Shown here in pieces: positions 1 through 7,072 of a stretch of 32,000 bases of DNA. The stretch's first letter is position 1; every line of letters starts with the position of its first letter. The notes under the pieces are model-generated. The model made no database searches, was not told the DNA's origin, and saw nothing but the letters and a program-made list of their open reading frames with translations. The stretch is from Ferroglobus placidus DSM 10642. GTDB lineage: Archaea > Halobacteriota > Archaeoglobi > Archaeoglobales > Archaeoglobaceae. Location of the stretch: positions 600,001 through 632,000 of the forward strand of contig NC_013849.1 of assembly GCF_000025505.1 (NCBI RefSeq). Direction: 5' to 3'. The position numbers and the translations under genes were made by a program.

Positions 1-213
1 TCCCGGAGTAACGTTGAAAGAGTAACTTCCGTCCTTGCTCAAAATCTTCTGCTCCGGAGTTGTGTTTATTTCTACAATAACGTTCGAAAGAGGCTCGAAA
101 TTTTCCCAGGAGTAGACTTTACCCTCTATGATCGCAGCTGAGGACAATTTTATTAAAAGTAGAAATAGCAAACTAAATTTCAAAGCTTTCGAGATCGTCT
201 GGAAAGCTCGCAT
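1..213 (-). CDS. secreted protein, N-terminal fragment (signal-like segment plus carboxypeptidase-regulatory-like beta-sandwich domain); continues beyond window start
   Basis: Absent from the ORF track because it runs off the edge. The minus-strand frame is open from ATG at 213-211 (alt TTG 183-181) to position 1: MRAFQTISKALKFSLLFLLLIKLSSAAIIEGKVYSWENFEPLSNVIVEINTTPEQKILSKDGSYSFNVTPG. Hydrophobic N-terminus, then G-x-V...P-L...V-x-V...DG-x-[YF]...PG spacing typical of CarboxypepD_reg-type domains. Confidence 0.4.
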   Translation of the reverse strand, partial: MRAFQTISKALKFSLLFLLLIKLSSAAIIEGKVYSWENFEPLSNVIVEINTTPEQKILSKDGSYSFNVTPG

Positions 214-862
214 CGACACCATGTTTCTCAACGAACTCTTTTATTTTACTTCTATTTTCGTAAGCTTCCGGATACATGTGAACGAAGTAAGCTTTTTTTA
301 CTCTCGCATTCTCCACGAAGTTTTCTGGAGTCGTGTGGTCTACAGCTTTATATCCGAAGTTCAGAGACATTTCGTGAATCGCTATTTCTACATCTTCGTA
401 GAGTTCGGGAAAGCTTCTAGTGTCTCCGCTTATCAGCAAATTCTCTATTTTGTAGGCGTAGTTGATTATCGCGTGCTTTCCTTCTCTCACTTCGAACTTC
501 ATCGAGCCGAATTTTGGCTTATCCTTCGTTACAACCTTCACTTTTGTTCTCAAATAAGGGTACGCTTCTAAAACAGCTTCGAGATTTTCTTTCGCAAATG
601 GAGCAAAAAGATCGATTTTTTCGTCGCTCTCAAGCCACCTCGCTTTCAAAATCCCTATGAGTTCTCCGCAGTGATCTGTGTGAAAGTGGGTGATTAGTAT
701 TGCGTCCAAATCCGAGGGAGAGTAGCCAGCCTCCTCCAGCCTGAGCATGCATCCGAATCCGCAATCGACGAGAATGAGCTTGTCGTCTTCGATGAGCAAG
801 CTGCTCTGGGCTTTTTTAGCGAGAGGTACAGCTACGCCAGTGCCAAGAAATGTGACCTTCAT
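173..862 (-). CDS. metallo-beta-lactamase-fold hydrolase, short RNase Z/ELAC-like
   Basis: 229-aa ORF with MBL motif ITHFHTDHCGE (H-x-H-x-D-H) and N-terminal FLGTG...LLIE..ILVDCG. Its ATG overlaps the cca stop (ATGA at 859-862). Confidence 0.8.
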   Translation of the reverse strand: MKVTFLGTGVAVPLAKKAQSSLLIEDDKLILVDCGFGCMLRLEEAGYSPSDLDAILITHFHTDHCGELIGILKARWLESDEKIDLFAPFAKENLEAVLEAYPYLRTKVKVVTKDKPKFGSMKFEVREGKHAIINYAYKIENLLISGDTRSFPELYEDVEIAIHEMSLNFGYKAVDHTTPENFVENARVKKAYFVHMYPEAYENRSKIKEFVEKHGVDASFPDDLESFEI

Positions 863-2175
863 GCTTTAAGCTTTAGGAATTCCCATATAAATTCTTTCGT
901 TTCCGGTGATGGAGTTATCACTCTTTTCACGACTCCGCTTCTTATTTTCTCCCCCACGTCAGCTCCCAGAGATTTCCAGTGATTCCTTATGCAATCTCTA
1001 ATAGCTTCGTCAGCTTGAGTGTATTTTCTCCTAACGTAAGTTACGTACTTTCCATCCTCGAAAAAGTGCTTGTATTCTCTCTCTTTCTTTATAAACCTCA
1101 TAGCATGCTCGTAAACCTCGAAGGGTGGTCCGAAGTGCTTTTTAATTTTACCAAGCCTTTCAAAGGCTGTCTCTACGTAAATTAAGCAAGTGTCGTCTTT
1201 CACGAAGTGCCCGGTTTTTATTACTTCAAAATCGTTGTTTTCCAAAAACTCGGAAATTTTTCTGCAAGCTCTTTCAAGCTGAGGATATAGGTTGTCTTCA
1301 ACGATTGCCGGCTTTTCAAAGCTTATCTCGTAAACAAATCTACTTTCAAGCTCTTTTTCGAGCTTTTCATCGTTTATCTTCTCTCTTTCTGGATAAAAGA
1401 ACTCTTTGGATGGATTTTCTATGAAGAGTCTGCACTTCTCGACGAATTTAGCCAGGTTGTCAACGCTTAAATTTGCTGCCACGTTTCTCTTCTCGTCAAC
1501 CGGATCGACGACGAAGATGTTCTTCAATCCCTTTTTTCTGTAAACTTTTCCCTTCGCAACGTCTATCACCAAATCCCTTCTCCATTTTGCAGCTTCTTTA
1601 ACGAGGTTTTCGAAGCTTCCGTAGAAAACTACGAGCAGCTCGCAGAGGTAGCCGGAGAAGCCTCTCACTTTGTACTCGGCTCCGTATAAATTCGAAGCTT
1701 TCAGGAACCTTTTCAAAAGCCTGACGTCGTTTTCTTTTCCTTTTATCCTATCTTTGAGCCACTCGTGGTGAAAAGGAGTCCTGTCAACTGCACTTTTAAT
1801 TTTCTCGGCGCTTCTCAGCTTGTAGCATGGAACGACGTCTGCTTCAACTCCTAAAACTTTACCGTGAACGTAAGGATGTGCAGCGTATCTCAACTCAAAC
1901 TCGTCGAGAACGCTCTTTCCGATTTCAAGCCCGATTCTTTCAAGTTCCTCTTCAGTGTAGCTTTCGGGAAAGAGAACGAAAACGTCTATCTCCAAACTTT
2001 CCGGCAGCCACGTGTCTCTTGCAAAGCTTCCGAGAAATCTGAACTCCAAATCGGGATAATTTTTGAGCTTCTCTTTCAGCCTTTTCTCAAGTTCCTCAGC
2101 CGCTTTTTCGGCTTTTCTCCTCAACTCCTCGCTCGGAACGACATCTTTTAAAACTTCTTCAAGAACTTCCCTCAT
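859..2175 (-). CDS. cca: CCA-adding enzyme (tRNA nucleotidyltransferase, archaeal class I)
   Basis: 438-aa ORF with a Pol-beta-type nucleotidyltransferase N-terminus (LGSFARDTWL, EIDVFVLF). Length and overall sequence resemble the Archaeoglobus fulgidus CCA-adding enzyme. Start overlaps the thpR stop (ATGA 2172-2175). Confidence 0.9.
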   Translation of the reverse strand: MREVLEEVLKDVVPSEELRRKAEKAAEELEKRLKEKLKNYPDLEFRFLGSFARDTWLPESLEIDVFVLFPESYTEEELERIGLEIGKSVLDEFELRYAAHPYVHGKVLGVEADVVPCYKLRSAEKIKSAVDRTPFHHEWLKDRIKGKENDVRLLKRFLKASNLYGAEYKVRGFSGYLCELLVVFYGSFENLVKEAAKWRRDLVIDVAKGKVYRKKGLKNIFVVDPVDEKRNVAANLSVDNLAKFVEKCRLFIENPSKEFFYPEREKINDEKLEKELESRFVYEISFEKPAIVEDNLYPQLERACRKISEFLENNDFEVIKTGHFVKDDTCLIYVETAFERLGKIKKHFGPPFEVYEHAMRFIKKEREYKHFFEDGKYVTYVRRKYTQADEAIRDCIRNHWKSLGADVGEKIRSGVVKRVITPSPETKEFIWEFLKLKA

Positions 2176-2711
2176 TTCACCACACCGTAAACTTCCAAAT
2201 CCTCGTAGATAGGTCCCTTGCTCGTTAACGTGCTTTTCTTCAGCCTGAAATCTTTAACCTCCATCCATCCGAAGTCGTCTTCGAGGTCTCTCAGAATTTC
2301 CACAATTCTTCTTCCCTCCGGCTTTTTTACTCTCGCTATCGTAACGTGAGCCGTGAAGCTTTCGGGCTTAAAGCCCACTTTTTTCAAAGCGGAATTGATG
2401 CTTTCAGCCAATTTTTTAAGTTCTTCTTCCCCCTCCTTAACCCCTATCCACGCAACTCTCGCGTACCTATCGTTGGGAAAAAACCCGAAACCTTTGAGGT
2501 AGATCTTGAACGGCTCGAATTCGACTTTTTTCAAAGCCTCCACAATAGCTGGCAACCTTTCTTCTCTAACTTCGCCGAGAAACTTTAGCGTGATGTGCAA
2601 ATTTTCCCTCTCAACAGCTTTAACACCGTTCAACTCCGAAATAGTTTTCAGGATAGGAGCTATTTTTTCTCTTAGCTCTTCGCTTAGGTCGACAGCTATA
2701 AAGAGCCTCAT
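2172..2711 (-). CDS. thpR: RNA 2',3'-cyclic phosphodiesterase (2H phosphoesterase, LigT/ThpR family)
   Basis: 179 aa with two H-x-T-x motifs (HITLKF and HVTIAR) at the spacing typical of the 2H family. Confidence 0.85.
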   Translation of the reverse strand: MRLFIAVDLSEELREKIAPILKTISELNGVKAVERENLHITLKFLGEVREERLPAIVEALKKVEFEPFKIYLKGFGFFPNDRYARVAWIGVKEGEEELKKLAESINSALKKVGFKPESFTAHVTIARVKKPEGRRIVEILRDLEDDFGWMEVKDFRLKKSTLTSKGPIYEDLEVYGVVK

Positions 2712-2755
2712 GATAGCAAAGGTTATTAATAGGCTTAAATTACTTATCCATTACG

Positions 2756-3814
2756 ATGGAAAAGGAAAAGAAAGGCGAAGTGAAATACTTGATACTCAAA
2801 CCCCTTGGATACCCTTTAAAGGCGAGCTATCACGAGTATCCGGTAGTGGACAATCCCAAGGTTTTCGACAGGTACGCTAAAGATCAGTGGAAGGGAGAGT
2901 TCGTTTCAAAAGGAAAGATGCTCTTCGATTACCGTCTTTTCCCGGATTTCGCCTTCGAAGTTAAGAGCTGCGAACCGGAGAGCGGGTACATAGGCGAGAA
3001 TACGATCATAGTTGTCGAGAACTATTCGAGGGACATCGTGACGGAGATCGTGAAGGACGTTAAGCTTGATGACGTAGTTGGACAAGAGGAGGCGAAGAGG
3101 AAGGCAAGGATAATTCTCGAATACCTCAAAAATCCGGAGAAGTTCGGAAAGTGGGCTCCTAAGAATGTCCTCTTCTACGGTCCACCGGGAACGGGCAAGA
3201 CTATGATGGCTAAGGCTTTGGCAAACGAGGCTAAAGTGCCTTTCCTCTCCGTTAAATCTACGAGGCTAATAGGAGAGCACGTAGGTGAGGGGGCGAGAAA
3301 AATCCACGAACTTTACGAGAGGGCAAAGCAAATAGCTCCGTGCATAGTTTTCCTTGACGAGTTCGACAGCATAGCCTTGGACAGAAGCTATCAGGATTTG
3401 AGGGGTGACGTGAGCGAGATAGTGAACGCTCTCCTTACTGAATTGGACGGGATCGAAAGGAGGGAAGGGATTTGCACGATAGCTGCGACGAACAGAATAG
3501 AGTTTCTCGATCCGTCGATAAGGAGCAGATTCGAAGAGGAGATCGAATTCACGCTTCCGGGAATCGAGGAGAGAAGGGAGATTTTTGAAAGAAACCTTAG
3601 GGACTTCCCGTTGAAGGTTGAGGTAAATTTGGATGAGGTAGCCAAGGCAACTGAAGGCTTGTCCGGAAGAGATTTGGTGGAGAAAGTCATAAAGAGCTCC
3701 CTCCACAGGGCGATAATTGAAGGAAGGGAGGTCGTTACGACGAAAGACATGCTCGATGCCATCTCGAAACTCAAAAAGCCAGTGAAGCAACCTCCGAAGC
3801 AGATGTTCCTTTAA
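2756..3814 (+). CDS. AAA+ ATPase (single AAA domain, CDC48/FtsH-type) with ~110-aa N-terminal domain
   Basis: 352 aa. Walker A GPPGTGKT, Walker B IVFLDEFD, SRH region ATNRIEFLDPSIRSRF. Confidence 0.85.
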   Translation: MEKEKKGEVKYLILKPLGYPLKASYHEYPVVDNPKVFDRYAKDQWKGEFVSKGKMLFDYRLFPDFAFEVKSCEPESGYIGENTIIVVENYSRDIVTEIVKDVKLDDVVGQEEAKRKARIILEYLKNPEKFGKWAPKNVLFYGPPGTGKTMMAKALANEAKVPFLSVKSTRLIGEHVGEGARKIHELYERAKQIAPCIVFLDEFDSIALDRSYQDLRGDVSEIVNALLTELDGIERREGICTIAATNRIEFLDPSIRSRFEEEIEFTLPGIEERREIFERNLRDFPLKVEVNLDEVAKATEGLSGRDLVEKVIKSSLHRAIIEGREVVTTKDMLDAISKLKKPVKQPPKQMFL

Positions 3815-3873
3815 TTTTCTTACCGAAGTTCTTCGGAGAAATCTAATTATTTATCGTTTTGCTAACTTCTCTT

Positions 3874-4419
3874 ATGGAGGAAGATCTGGATTGGGTAGAG
3901 AAGATTGAGGAAAAAGTTGAGGAGTTTCCAGCAACCGAAGTGATGATGGACGAGCACAGAGTTATAGAAAGAGCTCTAAGCGTTTTGAAAAAAGCGGTAG
4001 ATGAAAGGATCGAAGACGAAGAGCTGTATTTATCTCTTGCGGAGTTCTTCTCGAAGTACACTGGAGAGATACACCACGGGAAAGAGGAAGAGATAGTTTT
4101 TAAAGTGTTAAAAGAAAAAGCTCCCAAGCACATAATAGACATGATAAACGCTCTTGAAGAGGATCACAGAGTTGGAGCTGAGCTTGTGGGGAAAATTAGA
4201 GAAAATGCGGCAAATTTCGAAAAGCTGAGGGATTTTGCGTTAGCTTACTATTCCATGCTTAGAGACCACATCGTGAAGGAAGATCAGGGATTATTTCCGG
4301 CTATGCACCCGTATTTGAGCGTTGAAGAGGAAGAAAAACTCCTGAAAGAATTCGAGAGAATCGATAAGGAAAAGGAGAAGTACGAGAAACTCGTGGCTGA
4401 GCTGGAGGAGAAAGTATGA
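3874..4419 (+). CDS. hemerythrin-like (HHE cation-binding) domain protein
   Basis: His/Glu ligand pairs at DEHRVIERAL, HHGKEEE, EEDHRVG and HIVKED. ATG 3874 is preferred over the TTG 3859 of the ORF track because the TATA-like AATTATTTA (3845-3853) lies ~25 nt upstream, which suggests a leaderless mRNA. Confidence 0.7.
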   Translation: MEEDLDWVEKIEEKVEEFPATEVMMDEHRVIERALSVLKKAVDERIEDEELYLSLAEFFSKYTGEIHHGKEEEIVFKVLKEKAPKHIIDMINALEEDHRVGAELVGKIRENAANFEKLRDFALAYYSMLRDHIVKEDQGLFPAMHPYLSVEEEEKLLKEFERIDKEKEKYEKLVAELEEKV

Positions 4420-4670
4420 AGCTCAAATTTTTCGGAGAGCTTGGGATGAAGGTAGGAAGAGAAGCGGAGGTGAAAATAAACGGGGCTTTAAGCTTTCGTG
4501 AACTTATAAAAAAGCTAAAAGAAGAATTCCCTGAAGCTAAGGAGGAATTCGAAGCTGTAGATCTCTACATAATCTCAGTAAACGGGAGAATTATCAGCAA
4601 GGAGGAGCTGGAGAGGATGAAGTTTTCCGACAGAGATGAGTTAATCTTCATGTTCTGGGCTGCCCTTTAA
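4416..4670 (+). CDS. MoaD/ThiS-like beta-grasp protein lacking the C-terminal Gly-Gly
   Basis: 84 aa. MKLKFFGEL...SFRELIKKLKEEFPE...VNGRII...DRDELIFM follows the MoaD/SAMP pattern, but the C-terminus is FWAAL rather than PPxSGG. ATGA overlap with the preceding gene. Confidence 0.5.
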   Translation: MKLKFFGELGMKVGREAEVKINGALSFRELIKKLKEEFPEAKEEFEAVDLYIISVNGRIISKEELERMKFSDRDELIFMFWAAL

Positions 4671-5084
4671 CTTTTTGTGTCTGTAAGCTTTCCCCCCTTG
4701 TATGTGGTAAACTTCAAATCCGAGGGATTCGAGGTATTCGCTTATGTATTTCCTATGGCATCTCATGTAGAATCTTTCGGCACACATTATCGCCACCTTC
4801 CTGTCTTTAAGCTTGAGAAGCTCTTCAACTCCCCTTTTGAAGTCCTCGCTTTCCATGTACTTTACGTAATCCCCTCTAAACCCACCAAGATATTCCCCGA
4901 GCCAAACGTAGTTGATTCCCTCCTTTTTCAGAAACTCCTCGAGGTTTTCCCTTTTGAAGTGCTCGTGTTTCGAGGTTGGAAACCTCCTGACGTCTGCAAC
5001 TACTTTTATTCCAAACTTTTTCAGTTGCTCGACGAATTTTTCTATGCTCAAATTTGAGTGCCCGATCGTGTAGAACACGTCCAA
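4641..5084 (-). CDS. DUF488 family protein
   Basis: 147 aa. N-terminal FYTIGHSN...F...L...GI..V.DVRRFP and later CAE..-..CHR pattern (CAERFYMRCHR) typical of DUF488. Confidence 0.75.
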   Translation of the reverse strand: MDVFYTIGHSNLSIEKFVEQLKKFGIKVVADVRRFPTSKHEHFKRENLEEFLKKEGINYVWLGEYLGGFRGDYVKYMESEDFKRGVEELLKLKDRKVAIMCAERFYMRCHRKYISEYLESLGFEVYHIQGGKAYRHKKLKGSPEHED

Positions 5085-5126
5085 GTTATCGCGAACTCTA
5101 AATATAGATTGCTACCACGAATTACC

Positions 5127-5600
5127 ATGGAGAGAATTTTCGCCCCTTGGAGGATAAGGTACATTGAAGCTCCGAAGTATGAAGGATGTATATTCTGCGA
5201 CTTTCCGAAGGAGAACAGAGACGAGGAGAGGCTTATTTTGTACAGAGGAAAGAGCTGCTTCGTCATAATGAACAACTACCCCTACAATCCCGGGCACGTT
5301 ATGGTAGCTCCCTACAGGCACGTAGCAAGTATTGAAGAGCTAAACGATGATGAAGCTTTGGAGATGATGAAGCTCTCTCAAAAAATGGTCGAGGTAATTA
5401 AAAAGGCTATGAATCCCGACGGCTTCAACCTCGGGATAAATTTGGGCAGAGTTGCTGGAGCGGGAATAGAGGATCACGTTCACCTCCACATCGTGCCGAG
5501 GTGGAACGGAGACACGAACTTCATGCCCGTGCTGGCTGACGTTAAAGTTATTCCCGAGGCGATCGAGGAAAGCTACAAGAAGCTGAAAAAATACCTGTGA
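5127..5600 (+). CDS. HIT (histidine triad) family nucleotide hydrolase/transferase
   Basis: Histidine triad HVHLHIVPR, with an N-terminal PWRxxY...C-x-F-C region. ATG 5127 (MERIFAPW) is preferred over the 5058 start, which overlaps the divergent DUF488 gene. Confidence 0.85.
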   Translation: MERIFAPWRIRYIEAPKYEGCIFCDFPKENRDEERLILYRGKSCFVIMNNYPYNPGHVMVAPYRHVASIEELNDDEALEMMKLSQKMVEVIKKAMNPDGFNLGINLGRVAGAGIEDHVHLHIVPRWNGDTNFMPVLADVKVIPEAIEESYKKLKKYL

Positions 5601-5620
5601 GCATACACGTTTAAAAATTT

Positions 5621-5968
5621 TCAACTAAAGTCGATAATCTTCTCGAAGTAAATATAAAAGCTATCTCTTCCAACAACCGAAAAGCCGAGATGAGAGTATG
5701 TGATTATAGCCCTTCTGTTCGTAGCTTCCGTTACGGCAACGAGCTTCTTAATTCCCATCTCTTTCAAAAATTTCTCAGCAAATTCGATGAGCTTCTTGCC
5801 TATCCCTCTATCCTCGTAATTTCTGTGGATAAAAACGACGAATTCAGCTTCGCTGTTTTTTGGAACGACCGCTATATGCCCTATAATCTCCTCTCCTTTC
5901 TTTGATATAAACCCGTATCCTTTTTCATTCAATTCCTCGAGCCATTTTTCTATAGCCTCTCTCTTCAT
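5621..5968 (-). CDS. GNAT-family N-acetyltransferase (apparently 5'-truncated or frameshifted; see findings)
   Basis: 115 aa from the first in-frame ATG. Acetyl-CoA-binding motif RGIGKKLIEFAEKFLKEMG. The frame stays open 44 more codons upstream with no start codon. Confidence 0.7.
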   Translation of the reverse strand: MKREAIEKWLEELNEKGYGFISKKGEEIIGHIAVVPKNSEAEFVVFIHRNYEDRGIGKKLIEFAEKFLKEMGIKKLVAVTEATNRRAIITYSHLGFSVVGRDSFYIYFEKIIDFS

Positions 5969-6082
5969 CGGCGGAAGCCCGCAGCACCTTCTCTCCTGAT
6001 CAAAACTCTCGTAAAACCTTACGAGGTTTCCTTTTTCTTCTGGAGTGTAGCTCGTGACGAAGATAATTTCTCCGGCTTTGTC

Positions 6083-6120
6083 AAAAAAACTCGGAAAACA
6101 TAGTAGTTACGAATTCAGTT
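6083..6120. repeat. direct repeat copy A (38 bp) flanking the TA cassette
   Basis: AAAAAAACTCGGAAAACATAGTAGTTACGAATTCAGTT matches 7035-7072 at 34 of 38 positions. Confidence 0.85.
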
Positions 6121-6253
6121 CGCTATGTTAAAAAATTTATGGTAACAAGCGACAAGGTTGGGATGTATCGGCTACCTATTCTACGACTGGAGAAGGGAGA
6201 AGCGATAGTGTCTAAAGAAATTGAAGGAACGGTTAAGAATGTTCTCAAGAAGA

Positions 6254-6261
6254 TTTATAAA
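6254..6261 (+). promoter_or_regulatory. TATA box for the antitoxin/toxin operon
   Basis: TTTATAAA matches the archaeal TATA consensus. Its centre is ~26 nt upstream of the antitoxin ATG at 6284, implying a leaderless transcript. Confidence 0.45.
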
Positions 6262-6283
6262 CGTTAGAATTCTGAATTAGACT

Positions 6284-6526
6284 ATGCCCGGAACTATAAC
6301 GATTGAGCTTCCGGAAGAAATACATGCTCTAATCGAATCCGATCCGTTCTTGAGAATGGTAGTGGAGAGAATCGTTAGAGAAGAAGTTGTGAACTACATC
6401 CTATCCGTTTTAGCCATGGATAAACTTACGGAGAACTCCAAGCTGACGGAGGAGGATATAATGAAGATAGACGAGGAAATCAAAAGAGGAATTAGGAGAC
6501 GGGTTGAAGATGAAATTAATCGTTGA
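6284..6526 (+). CDS. putative antitoxin of the PIN-toxin pair
   Basis: 80-aa acidic/basic helical ORF immediately upstream of the PIN gene and overlapping it by 17 nt. The family is not recognised by eye. Confidence 0.55.
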   Translation: MPGTITIELPEEIHALIESDPFLRMVVERIVREEVVNYILSVLAMDKLTENSKLTEEDIMKIDEEIKRGIRRRVEDEINR

Positions 6527-6998
6527 TACTAACAAGATTGTCGCATGTCTGCTTAAAGATGGAAAGATTAGAAGGATACTGTTTCTGCCATTCTTGGAAC
6601 TTTACACCGTTCAATACGCTTTTGAAGAGATAGAAAAACATAAGGATGTTCTCTTGACTAAAGTTTCGAAGTCGGCTTTCGATTTAATCCTATTCAAAGC
6701 TAAGTTAAAAGTGAAATCCGTTGGGTTTTCTTCTAAGGATGAAAAATACATTCAAACGGCTAAGAAAATGGCAAATGAATTCGATCCTGACGATTTCCCG
6801 TTCATCGCTTTAGCCTTAAAGCTCAATGCCCCTATCTGGACTAACGACAAAAAGTTGATCGTACATGGGTTAAAATCGGGAACGTATTTAGCGGTGGATA
6901 CCGATGCGGTTGAAAAGTTAATCCGAGGTAAAAGTTTGGAGGAAGTCAGACAGGAATTGAGCAAAAGATACTTGAGTTCGTCATGGCGAACCCCTTAG
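6510..6998 (+). CDS. PIN-domain toxin (VapC-like ribonuclease)
   Basis: MKLIVDTN (first acidic residue), EEIEKH, DPDDFPFIALA and IWTNDKKL give the PIN acidic-quartet pattern. ATG 6510 is preferred; the ORF track uses TTG 6504. Confidence 0.8.
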   Translation: MKLIVDTNKIVACLLKDGKIRRILFLPFLELYTVQYAFEEIEKHKDVLLTKVSKSAFDLILFKAKLKVKSVGFSSKDEKYIQTAKKMANEFDPDDFPFIALALKLNAPIWTNDKKLIVHGLKSGTYLAVDTDAVEKLIRGKSLEEVRQELSKRYLSSSWRTP

Positions 6999-7004
6999 TA
7001 AGAA

Positions 7005-7041
7005 ATCCTCGCACTTTAGTGCGGGGAGGATGTAAAAAAAA
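7005..7041. terminator. hairpin plus A8/T8 tract between the PIN gene and trmY
   Basis: ATCCTCGCAC-TTTA-GTGCGGGGAGGAT forms an imperfect stem of ~9-10 bp (7005-7031), followed by A8 (7034-7041), which reads as T8 on the trmY strand just after its stop. Confidence 0.35.
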
Positions 7042-7072
7042 CTCGGAGAACGTAGCAGTTATGAATTCAGTT
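7035..7072. repeat. direct repeat copy B (38 bp), covering the trmY stop codon and last codons
   Basis: AAAAAAACTCGGAGAACGTAGCAGTTATGAATTCAGTT, with 4 mismatches to 6083-6120. Confidence 0.85.

Noticed and set aside
128-571. 147-aa plus-strand ORF
   Set aside because: It is entirely antisense to the well-supported MBL-fold gene (173-862). It has low-complexity, Phe/Val/Ser-rich composition, no motifs and no plausible promoter or RBS.
3266-3790. 174-aa and 127-aa minus-strand ORFs inside the AAA+ ATPase gene
   Set aside because: They are antisense shadows of a gene with intact Walker A/B and SRH motifs, and their composition is atypical for this genome's proteins.
3823-3836. Perfect hairpin CCGAAG-TT-CTTCGG after the AAA+ ATPase gene, as a terminator
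   Set aside because: The stem is only 6 bp with a 2-nt loop and no following T tract on the gene's strand. Archaeal termination relies mainly on oligo-T, so the evidence is insufficient.
5058-5126. Long N-terminal extensions in the ORF track (5058, 7697, 9095, 10598, 13120, 29331 starts)
   Set aside because: Each extension overlaps the neighbouring gene, adds non-conserved residues ahead of a canonical family N-terminus, and has a better internal start that forms an ATGA/TTGA junction or sits ~25 nt downstream of a TATA-like box.
6139-6267. 42-codon ORF (MVTSDKVGMYRLPILRLEKGEAIVSKEIEGTVKNVLKKIYKR) at the left end of the TA cassette
   Set aside because: It is too short and featureless to call as a gene, and the TA promoter TATA box lies inside its 3' end. 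I keep it only as a note within the cassette finding.
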